Positions 32,888-46,693 of a stretch of DNA of 64,000 nucleotides are shown one piece after another; position 1 is the stretch's first letter; each line of letters opens with the position of its first letter. A model generated the notes under the pieces. That model saw only the letters and a list, made by a program, of their open reading frames with translations, had not been told where the DNA came from and searched no databases. The position numbers and the translations under genes were made by a program. Source of the DNA: Blastocystis sp. Blastoise (lineage: Eukaryota > Protista > Bigyra: Opalinata); contig JBBPEB010000030.1 of NCBI GenBank assembly GCA_039096225.1, positions 124,001 to 188,000 on the forward strand, given 5' to 3'.

Positions 32888-34918
32888 GTACCTGTACCAG
32901 AGTGACCTCCTGTACCAAAGTGACCCGTTTTTGTTTTGTTTCCATATTTACGGGAAAAAATATTTTTTCACTGTATTTAATAAAGATAAACATGTAAATA
33001 ACATTTTTTCAATAAAAATAGTCTTTTTTCTGTTTAAAAAAGGTTTTTAAGAACAGAAATAGTATAATTTTTAAAATTTTCAAAAGAAAAAAACGGAAAA
33101 TATATTCTAGAACTTTCTAAAATATTCTTTTTGTATTCAGTTAAAACGAATACTAACTGGCTTTATCTAATTGTTTTCATATTTTATTCATAATTATTTT
33201 ATTATTGTTTTTTTTTTAAATAAATTAATTATACGATGAATATAGAAAATATATCCGAAAATGATAATACTACTAGTATTCCCCTTCCTGATCTTGATAT
33301 TCTTGATTCTAATTTAACCCTAAATCAAGTTCTGAATCATCCTGAAGTTGAGAAAGAAAGAAGTCCTAGAAAGAAGTCCTGTGCTATAAGAAAAGTGTTT
33401 AATGGAAAGAATGGTATGAAGAAATTATCCTTATCTAGTATTAGTGCTATCACTAAAGTGTCTCCGTCTACAATAAAACGTTCTGAATGAAGATGTATCA
33501 CTTAATAATCGTGGTAATCAACATGTTCTTAATGAAAATGAAGAAGTAGAAATAATAGAATGGATTAAGTCACAAATTAATGTGAATAACTGTCCTTCGA
33601 AGAATGAAATAGCTGAAGAAATACGTAAGAGATCAATTGAAAGGTGTCGAAACGGTATTGGCTGTATGATTACTGTATCAGAAGGGTATGTAAGGAAGCT
33701 GCTTAAAAAGAATAATATTCTATTGAAAAGACCACTAACAAATTATGAAGAAAAAGCTAGACCAACAAAGAAAGATGCAAAGATACTGTATAGGAATATT
33801 CATTATGTAATAAATAAAAGAAAAATCAAAACTTCTCTTATATTCAACATGGATGAGTCATGGGTTACTCCTGGTGATAAAAGATCAAGAGTTACTGTTG
33901 CAGTTGATAATGATCATTTACCAATAACAAAACAAGGTAATAGTGTTACTCATACAACACTAATTGGTTGTATTTGTGCTGATGGTACTGCAGTTCCTTC
34001 CTCTTATGTTGTTGATCGAGATACTTATAATATTAAAGAAATAGATAAGCAAAATCTGTCCTATATAAAAGTATGGTCTGCTAAGTCTGGATGGATAAAT
34101 GCACATGTGTTATACTCATGGATTCAAGATGTTTTTCTTCCATATGTTAATAAAAAGAGAAAAGATATGAATCTTGATAGTACTAATGATTATTGTCTAC
34201 TTATTCTTGATGCTCATACAACACGTAATGATACTGATTTTCTTAGTTTATGTGAGAATAACCGTATTGATGTAATTGTACTTCCAAAAAATACTACTAG
34301 TGTCTTTCAACCGCTTGATTTAGTTATATACAATGTATATAAATCAAAATTTAGAAGATATTATAAAACAACAAATAGATATTCGTTATTAGCAGCATCT
34401 GAGGATGCTTTTAGTGAAGCTTTTACAAGAAGAAATATTTTAAGTGCATGGCAAGCTTCGAGACTTCTTATTGATGATGAGAATGAGTTTATCAAGGATT
34501 TTGATGATCGTCCCCGTAGTAAAGTAACTAGAAAATCATCTAAAGTGTCAAATAAAATCTTAACTAATATCAATAGAGAAATGATGGAGGATGAATTTAG
34601 TGATAAACTTGATAATACTGTTTCAGAAGATGAAATAATAGTTAATGAATAAAGATATTCCTTTCTATATATATATTTTTTATTTTTTTTTTATATAATA
34701 TATCATATATATACTTATTTTTTTATAATTGTTATTAATTTATGTCAAAAAAAATTTCTTGTTTTGTTTTAAACAGAAAAAAGACTATTTTTATTGAAAA
34801 AATGTTATTTACATGTTTATCTTTATTAAATACAGTGAAAAAATATTTTTTCCCGTAAATATGGAAACAAAACAAAAACGGGTCACTTTGGTACAGGAGG
34901 TCACTCTGGTACAGGTAC
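32888..34918. mobile_element. pogo/Fot1-like (Tc1-mariner superfamily, DDE_1) DNA transposon with 152-bp perfect TIRs
   Basis: TIRs at 32888-33039 and 34767-34918 are exact reverse complements as read. Each begins GTACCTGTACCAGAGTGACCTCCTGTACCAAAGTGACC (two 17-bp direct repeats). TTTATTTTAAA flanks both ends (32877-32887, 34919-34929). Confidence 0.95.
33236..34652 (+). CDS. pogo-like DD35D transposase split by a +1 frameshift near 33481
   Basis: ORF1 ends in an HTH-like LSSISAITKVSPSTIKR. The +1 frame continues LNEDVSLNNRGNQHVLNENEEVEIIEWI (CENP-B-type HTH), FNMDES, CICADG, SGWIN, LLILDAH...35 aa...QPLD. Confidence 0.9.
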
Positions 34919-35060
34919 TTTATTTTAAAATTTTATAAAGTGTTTAGTCTCCGTAATATTTTTGAATTCACTTGTCTTCAAAAGATTTTTAAAGTTTAGA
35001 AACTATATACTTGTAGTTAGATTGCTTTGAAGCAAATTAAGAATACAATCATAGTTCCAA

Positions 35061-38000
35061 ATGGAATTAAGTAATTCAAATAGCACCGATTCAAATACGA
35101 AGCTATCAGCAGATGAGCTTCTGACGTAAATATCAATTTTATATGTATAATTTATATAGTCATTTGGAAACATTGTATGATCACAACAAGCGAGATCTTA
35201 TAAAAGAATATTCAGCAAGTGTTATCGCTGAATCAGACAATAAATTTGTATTTCTATGTAAATCATTTGATTCTACATATATTTATTTAGAAATATCATG
35301 GTGATAGTTCAAATCGAAATGTAGGAAGTCGATCTACTATTATTTCATTAAAATTACCACCTCCAACTTCTGATGGTCAAGGAAGTCGACAACTAAAAAG
35401 AAGACAAAATAAGAATTTCGTTACATTAAATAAACATATTTTATATCAAGAACCGCCACAATCCCGCCAAAGTAATTCTATAAAAGAACTTGTTAAAAAA
35501 GAAAAAACCTTGATAACTTCATTATCTGAGGTTCGTGATGAATTGACTTATGTTATTCCTGAAAGATATCAACCCCCTATATATAAATCTCATTGGGATT
35601 ATATACTGGATGAAATGGTATATATATTTTTAAATAAGTATTATTCAAAAATATTTTTTAGAAATATATATATGCTTTTTAAATAAATATTATTCAGTTT
35701 TTTTTTGAAATATATATATATATATATATATATTTAGTGTATTTATATATTTTAATGAAGATTTAATTAGATTATTCTATAATTAATTTTTTTTAAATAT
35801 TCTTTATTATGTACACATATTTATTAATTTTTCATATTATTAAAAGATCTTACTATTTAATTTTATTTTTTATATCTCTATATATCTATATATATATAGA
35901 AATTACTCCAAGAAGATATGTATGAAGAGAGAAAATGGAAAGTACACGCTGCCTATCGTATGGCACATGCCATTAGGGCCTTTTATTATAAGAAACAACA
36001 ATCAACAGATGTATATATATATACTTTATACAATTATATATATACTATATCTTTATTATTTTATATGATTTTGATTATTATTCTTTATTATATATAACTG
36101 ATACTATTGATATTTCATATATTAATACCTGAATTCCATTATTTATATATATAAATATTTTTAGATCAATCCTTCTCCTCTTCTTCTTCTTGAATCTCTT
36201 CCTTCTTCTCTTCCTTCTCCTCTCATATCTACTTCTTCTCTTCTTCCTCCTCTTCCTCTTATTCAACCTATACCTTTATCTTCTTCTCTTCCTCTTTCTC
36301 CTTCTCTTCCTCTCTCTCCTTCTTCATCATCATCATCACCTACTGATGAAACTAATACGACTAATACACTTAATACTACTACTACTACACCTCTTTCAAA
36401 AGATATACTACAAACTGGAATACATTCAGAAACTGGAACATCTATACCCTCATCAGATACTAAAGATACTCTTGCAGTTACAAATTCCAAACGCATAGCA
36501 CATTATCAATCGAAGATAATCACTCAATTTTGGAATAGTATTCATCAACTTAATAATCAATTTCAACAAATAAAACCATCTTCCATATCTTCACAATGTA
36601 TATATTTAATATATATATGTATATATAATTCTATATATAGATGTAAGTAAACCACAATATTTACATTATGTTATCAATGAATATAAACGTATTGAATATA
36701 TTTCGAAATCAACAAAGAATATTCATAATGGTAAGTATTGAAGATAATTTTTATTTTTGTTTTATTTATTTTATTTTATTTTATTTTATTTTTTGTTTTA
36801 TTTTATTTATTCTGTTTATTCTATTATATATATCTAAAGACCCTCCTAGTCCTAAGGCTATTTCAGATATTACTATTCCTCTTACATTCTCTATTCATCC
36901 ATGTATATCTATATAAATCTATATATATTTATATATATATATAGATTTATATCCCTCCATCTCTACATTTCAGGAACTGATTTCTATATATACATATATA
37001 TTTTCATCTACTCCTTCATCTCTTCCTATATCTACTTATCGATATATACATACACATCGATCTCTTCTTAATAAACCATTAGCATTCTTTATATACTCTG
37101 CTCTCCAACAACATGTCCCCGCGGTTATTTCAATAGATAAGGAATGGAATATGGATTTACTTTATACAACAACACTTCTTGTAGATTCTTATTCAGAGAA
37201 GACATCTCTTTATCTAGTAGATGATAGGTATATATATATATATATATATATTATTATTATTATTATTATTATTATTGTTATTACCCTAAGCCTCTCTTAT
37301 TCTTTCATCTCTATAGTCTCATTTCTGTCTATACTTCTCTATACCAAGTGATTCTTCCTTCATACACACTCTATACTATTCAATCTTATGAAGATCTTCA
37401 ACAATATTCAACAATACATACCTCATTCTCTATATATTTTATTCCTCTTTCTCTTCTGTCTTCTACAGAACCTCAATATAAAACACTCTGTAACAACTTC
37501 TTCTCTCTATTCTCTACACTTAATGTATATATACATACTACTCTATCCCAATCCCCTTATGATTATATTTCATGTTTGGGAGAACATTTATGGAGAAACA
37601 TATACTCTATTCTTATTATTATGGATCACATGAATAAAGCTAATCAAGAACACTTAACGAATCTATTATCTTTCCTCTATCAACCATGTATATATATATA
37701 TATATATATTTATTTATTTATTTTTATTAGATATTCATTTTATTCTATTGTGTATATATATATATGATTATTCTTATATATATATATATATATTATTCAT
37801 TCTTCTATTGTTTCTCCTCGTTAGTTTACCCTCCTTCATCCTTTAAGGACAGTTACCCTTCTTCCTCCTCTCTCTCTTCACTTCTTCTTTCTTCGACATA
37901 TTTTTACCCTTCTTCTTCTAGTACAAATAGTAATAATGATGATACTAATAATACTAATAATACTAATAATACTAATAATACTGCTCCTGTTTTATCAAAT

Positions 38001-40742
38001 CATTATTATACAACTCAAACCATTGTAGTCACTCCATCACCATTATTATTATCTATATATAACGCTATTCTACAAAGATCTATCCAAACTCAAGTTTCTG
38101 GAGAGAATGCGAATTACGCCACTCTGTATGAGTTAAACACGGTGTGTAATGGCTTACTTGATAATCTTATCTCATACAGAGACTCAGTCTATGTTGAACC
38201 TATCAAGTATATATATATATATGATATTTTATTTGATCTATTTTTACAGTCTATACTGTTTGTCATATATATATATATATATATAATCTTTTCTAGATTC
38301 TCTTCATATATTCTATTTTCTTATTTTTTTTGTATTCTTTTTGTATTATTTTTGTATTCTGTGATATATATATATATATATCTTATTTACATATCTTTAG
38401 ATATTCTATTCCTATTGTATCTCTTTCTATACTTTATCCTTCTCCTTTGTATTCATTAATCGCATCTACTCGTCTCTTCTATAAACATCATATTTATTTA
38501 AATAACCCATTCACATGTTCTCTTCTTGGCTCTTATAAATATACACTTATCGAAGATAACAATGAAATAATTGAGTTAATTAAAGGACATACTATTTATA
38601 AAATTCCTTTTTGGACTGAAGATAAACAGACTTTATGTGACGAAGTATATATATATATATATTCTATGATGCTGTAAAAATATATATTATTTTAACTTAT
38701 TATCTTAAAATTTTATATTTATTCTTTATTCTATATTACTATCCTATTTAATAGCTTTTTATTGATTATGATACTTATTCTTCGTCTTTTCCTTCTTGTG
38801 TTCATACTATATACAACTCATCTGTATATACACTTCCTCCTCAACTTATACTCAATTCACTTCATTATAATTGGATATATAATCAATTAGACATAGAAAA
38901 AGATACATATAATCATATTATCAATCACATACACACTCCTACAAAATCTTTCGTATATATATATCTATATATATTAGTTATAATTCTATTCTATATATAG
39001 TGTGAACAGATTCCAATAATAGAATCTCCTAAATTAAAAACACTTCTAGAACTTTGTACTATGTACAGAAAAGAACACAAACATGTCCTTCTGATGGTTC
39101 GTTCGCCTTCTTTCGCAAGTTCTATTCATCATTATCTTCATCATCATCATTTTGAAGTCATTCATTTTCTTCCTTCTTCTTCTAAAGTATCTACATCTAT
39201 TCTTAATAATAATACTATAAATCCACCTTGTTATTGGTCATCTCAACAAGTATATACTTTTAATACATCCTCCAGTTTCCCCGTGGGAATATTATGTTTA
39301 TCAGAATATGAGTCTATATTCCATATTAGTCACGAGAATCATGAATGTAATCCTAACTGTATATGTCCTTCTCTTGATATATGTATTTATATGGATGGAC
39401 CTCTTGTTGGATCTATGGAATATATATCATCTTCTATTCAAAAGAATCTTATAACTAGTGGTAGTTATAATCTAATGACTTCTATATATACAATTAAAGT
39501 CAATAATACTGTTGAAACTAATATCAATTATGAATCACAAACAAAGGAATTTGAAGAACAATGGAAACAAACATTACTTAAGTATATATATATTTATTAT
39601 TTATTTAGTTGCTTTTTATTTTTTTTATATGTATATATATTTTATTTGTATTTATATTTCGTTGGTTATATAATTTAATAAATATTTTTCAAATAGTAAA
39701 AAATCAACTGTAATATCATTACCCTGGAATGAACAAATATATAAAGATATTGAAAACTATGCAGAATCCAACCCAAGTATATATATATATTATTATAATT
39801 GTTTTTTTAATGTAATTCAATTATAATTATAATTATAATTATAATTGAATTTATTATAATTAAATTTATTATTATAATTAATTTTATTATGATAATTAAA
39901 TTTGCATAATTAAGATATTCTTCTTCTTTATGAATAACGCTATAATTATGTTTGTATATAGACTTATATAGTCTTACAGGTCCTTCTAAGTCTTATATTA
40001 TACCTACAACATGCCTCTTAAAAGATATTACTACTACAACTTCTACTACTACTACTTCATTCCCTATTCTTCCTCCTATTCCTTCTTCTATACCTAGACA
40101 GCTACGGGGTATATGTAGTTATGCATTGTATATAGATCAAATCTCCAATCAATCTTATAATCTTTCACAATATAATGGTATTTAATACTATACATATATA
40201 TATTCTATTCTTATCTAATTTTTATTTCTTATTTCCTATATATATATATAGATATTACTGAAGATGATCTTCATACTCTTCTAGATGTTCCTACAGTTAA
40301 TAAACGTTATATGAATCCATTAACATATCCTATTATAGACGAAAGTATCTATTCATCGACTACTTTATGTTTAAATCCATTAAATCCACTTGAAAAGCAA
40401 TTAAAATCATGGGAATATGCTATGAACACTTATGCTCATCAAGATACTTCTGTTGAAATCAATAGTTTAGTATATGGTATGACAGATCCAGTTAAACAAC
40501 CTGTAAATCGAATGATAAATAAAGAAGAAAATACAAAGAATCAATTAGGATTAATTGTCTCTTTTGGAAAGATAGAAGAAGAAGATAATAGAATAAAAAG
40601 ACAAAAGAAAAGATTAAGAGAATTCGATGGAGATTCGAAAAGAAAGAATACCACAAAGGTATATCATGGAATTAATGGATACATTGATTATATATATATA
40701 TAATTTATACTAAAATAGTACTTGCTTTTATTGTTATTATTA

Positions 40743-40776
<34 letters not shown>

Positions 40777-43700
40777 ATATATATATAGACATCTATTCTT
40801 CAAACATTTTCTCGTCCTTCCCTCTGGACTCTTGAAGAAGATCAAATTCTGAAATCCCTTTATCTTCTATATCATAAGAATTGGGCTATTATTGCTCAGT
40901 CACTTGCTGTTTTATCTAAAGGAAAAACTAGTAGATCTCCTAATGATTGTATACAAAGATGGAAAAAAGTATTTATATATATATGCATTATTTTATTATT
41001 ATCAGTTTCATTCATTATTATTCAATATTATTTTTAAGTATTATTATTAGTGTTATTTTATGGTATATAATAAACATAATACCATACTGTTAATATTCTT
41101 TTATACTCAATAGTTAACAGCATCTGGTGTATTCACAGATTTATCTACATCTATTGTCACTTGGAATCCTATTTCTCCTTTTATATCGCAAACACATTCT
41201 ATTACTATATTCTCTAAAGGAAAATATATGTATAGACCATTGAGAAATTATAATAAAAAGTTGATGCTTGTATATAAATCAGGAAAACCAATATCTCAAA
41301 GACAAATTATAGATAAAAAAAGAAAAAAAGATAAACAAAGTATATATAGTATATTATATTTTCATTCTTATTAGATTCTATATATAGATATATCTACTTT
41401 GAATCAAGGATTATCTTTATTAACCACTCATTCTACAACAAATACTACTGTTACTACTACCAATAATAATACTACTAATAATAATACTACTAATAATCCA
41501 ATAATATCTACTTCTCTTTCTCAAAAGCATGCTATTGATTTCTCTCATCCTTATAATCTCTCTTTTTCAGATCATATTAAATTTGAAGATAATGCTGCTC
41601 TTAAACTACATCAACGATTATGTTGTAGTGAATATATGATTCAAGATAATCCAATGAATTCAAAAACAGAAGTGAATAAGCGAAATACACAAGGAAATAA
41701 TATGACTCATTCGAATAATACTACTAATAATAATAAAAATAGAGATAATACTATGATGAAAGTTGTTCAAATAGAACAAATACCTGTGAGTCGCCCCGCT
41801 AATTATTTAGAACTTTCCCGCCAAGCTGCTAAATCTTATGGAATATGTCACATTGAAATTAGTGATCCAGCATTATTTAGTCATTTATTAGCTCCAAATC
41901 GTTCTTATTTAGATAATATCAGTGTACCTTGTGAAGAATGTCTGCAACAGGCTCGTCAGAACCTTCGATTATTATATGATGGAATGACACGTCGAAAGGA
42001 TGTTAATATTGCTGCTCTTACTGGAAAAATGAATACTAATGATGGTGTAAATCCTATTACTAATAATAATATGAATATGAATAATATGAATAATAATATG
42101 AATATGAATAATAATACAAATATGAATAATAATATGAATATGAATATGAATATGAATATGAATATGAATATGAATAATAATATGAATAATATGAATAATA
42201 ATATGAATATGAATAATAATATGAATATGAATATGAATAATAACATAAATAATATGAATATGAATAATAATATGAATATGAATAATAACATGAATATGAA
42301 TATGAATAATATGAATATGAATAATAACATGAATAATATGAATATGAATAATAACATGAATAATATGAATAATATGAATAATATGAATATGAATAATAAT
42401 ATGAATAATAATATGAATAATATGAATAATAATATGAATACTATAAATTCATCCCTTCCTCTTCAGACTGCTCCTCTTGGATCAATTCCTTTAACTGACC
42501 CTCTTCAAAGTAATAACACGGCATTACTTGCAAATAATGTCAATACTCTACCATCTACTATGTCAAGTAATACGGTTATAATGAATTCATCTACATCAAT
42601 GAATCAAACATCTACAATAGGAAATAATGACTATTCTTTAAATAATATGAAATATACAAATAATATGAATAACATGAATGGTATGAATAATATGAATGGT
42701 ATGAATAATATGAATATGAATATGAATATGAATATGAATAATATGAATAATAATATGAATATGAATAATAATATGAATAATAATATGAATAATATGAATA
42801 ATATGAATAATATGAATAATATGAATAATATGAATAATATGAATAATATGAATAATATGAATAATAATATGAATACTATAAATAATACTAATATGAATAC
42901 TATAAATAATATGAATACTATAAATAATACTAATATGAATACTATAAATAATATGAATACTATGAATGCCGACATCAATAGTAATACTCTCAATACAGAT
43001 GTAACTACTCCAATTAATACGATGAATCCTGTGAATACAACAAATACATATACATCTATCAATATAAATGAATCTATTCCTCTTTCTTCTTCTCTTCCTA
43101 CTAATAATGTAAATACATTAAATAGCCAATCTCAATATTATATGAATCCATCTACACAAATCAATACACCTATAAATACAAATAATACCCCAACAAATAC
43201 ATCTATGCAAACACAAACAGAATTACTTCCATTACCTACTAAATGGTCACAAGATCCCAATTTAGATACTATACCTATAACAAAAACATCTATTCCAAAT
43301 ACTACTATTAGCCCTTTACATTCTAAAGAAGATTCTGCTACTTCAATTATTAATTTATCTCCTTCTATTCCTCTCTCTTCAACACAATCCATTACACCTA
43401 GGACACCTACCCCTCAAAGTACATGTACTCCTCTTCTTAACTCCCCAACACAGTCTCAACCTTTCTCCTTTTCTCCTTTAGGTAATGATGGACTTTCTGA
43501 TTATTCAAACAATTCTATTTCTAAGGGATTATTAGATAATAATAAAGAAGATGAAACATCCCTTCATTTCTCCGATACTGCTAAAGATATAGAAATTCTT
43601 CCAGATCTTGGTTTATATATAGATGAAGAAGAAGGAGATAAGTTATCTTCTACTATATTAAAAGATCATATCGGAGATAATCACGGGAATGATCTCGTAA

Positions 43701-44759
43701 TATCCAATGAAACAGCAGATAATGAAAGTATTCTAACAACAACAACTACTAGTGTTACTACACCTCTTGAGTATATACCAGAAACATCCTATAGTTTACA
43801 GCGTGAAGTTTCCCTTGGTCGTGTTTTACTGTATTCCTCTTCTTCTCATCGTCACGTAATCTCTGTTATCCGTTATCGTTATCCGTACATTCAATTAGTG
43901 AAAGAACAAGAAGATGTTGAATCTCCTTCTACATCTATTGTGGATCATCTTAATATAAAGAATATATTTATTGCTAAATCTCTTCCTTCTCCTGTTTCTA
44001 CCCCATTTACACCTATTAAGGCTATTGTCAATCCATCTCAGAAATCATTCAAAACTAAAAATCTTCTTGATACGACAAGTGGATTACCTCCATTAACGGC
44101 ATTTAACGGACAATCATCTACAAATCCACTTCTATTACTTAATTATATTATTGAAAAAGAAAAACCAACTGAAATTGTATATTAATTTATAATTATATAT
44201 TAATCTATATTAAGTTATATAAATCTATTTTACTCAATTTTCTTTATATATATATAGCCATTAACAAATAACTGTCTTCCTAACTATTCTCATCCTACTA
44301 ACAATTCTTTTTCATTTAGAAATAACAATAATAATCAATGTATATATATATAATAGACTTATTATTCTTATTAAATATTATATATATATATATATATATA
44401 TGTATAGATACTAATACTGTTAACTCTACTACTAATTATTCCAAAGATCGTACAAAAGTCACACCCTCTGTACAAGGCAGAAATCAATGTAGATATATAG
44501 GCTATTTATATATATATATATATTTTCTAAATTTTTAATGTTTATTTTTATAGATAATATGTCGTTATATGGAGATAAATCTGATGTATATATATATATA
44601 TATATAATTTATATTAAAAATAATTATATATATATATAGTCTACACATGGCAATATGCAGATGGGAAGTTACTCCTTAAATGCAAGTTATAACTCAACTA
44701 ATAACAAAAATACACAACATAAAAATGATTTTGTCTATTATGGAAAAAATATGAAATAA
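35061..44759 (+). CDS. p400/SWR1(PIE1)-like chromatin protein: HSA domain, degenerate SNF2 ATPase, SANT/Myb domain, Asn/Met-rich tail; many exons
   Basis: HSA: KSHWDYILDEM|KLLQEDMYEERKWKVHAAYRMAHAI. Helicase-C-like SPKLKTLLELCTMYRKEHKHVLLMV and IYTIKVNNTVETNI. SANT: WTLEEDQIL...NWAIIAQSL...RSPNDCIQRWKK. Exons join in frame from ATG 35061 to TAA 44757-44759. Confidence 0.7.
42060..42965 (+). repeat. Coding AAT/ATG low-complexity tracts (Asn/Met-rich), two blocks ~42060-42440 and ~42660-42965
   Basis: Mixed AAT, ATG and AAC triplet repeats in frame within ORF 41399-44185. Confidence 0.95.
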
Positions 44760-45284
44760 CAAACGCCGCATTTCTATATATTAAATTATCTTATACTATT
44801 ATTTTATTTTATTAAACTATATAAGCATCTCTTTACTCTACAAATAGAAACAATTCTTTTCTCACTTTTTTAAAATCATTTTTTATGTTGTCTATCAGAA
44901 AAATTTTCACTTTTTCTATTTTTTAAATACTTATTCGTTTCATTTCTTGTATCTCTGTATATTTGGTCATTGGCTCTATAACTAATATAATCTTATTTCA
45001 CTTGTTAATAAGCAAGTCTGTTTTGCAATTATTTAATAGTATGTTTTCATTGCTTTACTTTTTCTTTGTATTACATAGAAAACGGACTTACTAAGACTGT
45101 ATATCATAGCTCTTTATATCGATCTGTGCAATATTATATTTCATTAAAAAAAAAATAATTTTTTTATAAAATAATATAATTTCCCTTAAGTGAATCATTA
45201 TTTCCATGATTCTAGTTTTTCTTGTATCAGAGTGTACTACGTGTGTGATTCAGTAGATAATATACATTTGATTAGTTAATACAC

Positions 45285-46693
45285 ATGTCAACATCTATTC
45301 ATGATAATATAAGTAAGAAACTAGTAGTTTCCCTTATTTTTTTAGCGAATTTGATATCTGGAGCATTTGCAGGTGCATCAACAGATCTTATTTTATTTCC
45401 TTTGGATACTTTAAAGACGTATATCGAAAAACATCATATTTTAAACAATAATTAGTCGTTTACAAGCACATAAATCTTCATTAAAAATCAAAACAACATC
45501 TTCTTTATTTAAGGGTCTAGCCCCTGCATTAGCTGGTAGTATTCCCTCATCTGCAATCTATTGGTGTACTTATGAAATGTCAAAAACGGTCTTTGGTTCA
45601 CAGTCTGTTCCTGAATATCTACTTCCTTTCGTTCATCTCTCTTCTGTGGCTGTCGGTATATTAATCTAGTTTTTTGATATTATTTATATATTCCTTTTTT
45701 AGCGGATATTTGCACTTGCTTAGTACGAAACCCTTTTGAAGTATTAAAAAATAATGTTCAAGTGGGTACATATAAAAATACACGTCTCGCAATGTCTGGA
45801 ATATGGAAAGTAAATGATTTTATTATTAGAAATCATTTATTATATTAGTTTGTTATCTTATAATTATTAATATAGAATCGTGGTATTTCTGGGTTTTTAA
45901 CTGGATATAAAACATTAATCATGAGAGAAATCCCTTTTGATGGAATTGAAGTATATTACTCTATATATGTTTATTATATGTATTATATATATATATATAT
46001 TAGTTTGTTCTCTATGAATATCTGAAGAGGAAATTAACTCAATATACAGTATATATATATAATTAATTTTATATATAATAATACTATTCTAAACAATAAA
46101 TATATATATATATAATTAATTTTATTCATAATAATACTATTCTAAGCAATAAATATATATATATATATAACTATTATACTTACTATAAATTAGGGTCATT
46201 CTTTATCTATATATCATAATATGTTACTGGGTAGTTTTTCAGGAGCTGTTGCTTCTTTCTGTACCACACCGTTAGATGTCGTTAAGACACGTTCAATGCT
46301 AACGGTAGTCAATACACATAAACACTCATCTTCATATATATCATTATTTACATCAATTATTCGTGTATATATATATATATTATTATTATTATTTATTAAA
46401 TTATTTTTTTGTCTATATATATATATTAAATATATATATATATAATTTCTTTAATATATATATATATACATATTTGTATATCTAACATTTTGAATTTAAT
46501 AAATTCCTAAATGAACAATTCTATTTTCTTTTTCAATTTATTATATATATATATATATATATATATTCAGGAAGAAGGCTGGCGTACTCTCTTTTCTGGG
46601 TGTGGAGCACGTGTTCTGTGGATATCTTTAGGGGGTGCAGTGTACTTTGGATCTTTTGAAGAATTTAAAAGACAAATAATGAAAATATCTTAA
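45285..46693 (+). CDS. Mitochondrial carrier, S-adenosylmethionine transporter-like (SLC25A26/Sam5)
   Basis: NLISGAFAGASTDLILFPLDTLKT|RLQ, GSIPSSAIYWCTYE, VRNPFEVLK, MREIPFDGIE|FVLYE, TTPLDVVKTR, ARVLWISLGGAVYFG. Three Px[DE]xx[KR] motifs. Confidence 0.88.

Noticed and set aside
46050-46170. ~55-bp tandem duplication in a SAM-carrier intron; also repeated ATTGAATATATTTATT units at 6010-6200
   Set aside because: Ordinary intronic slippage or duplication with no spacer structure; not a CRISPR array.
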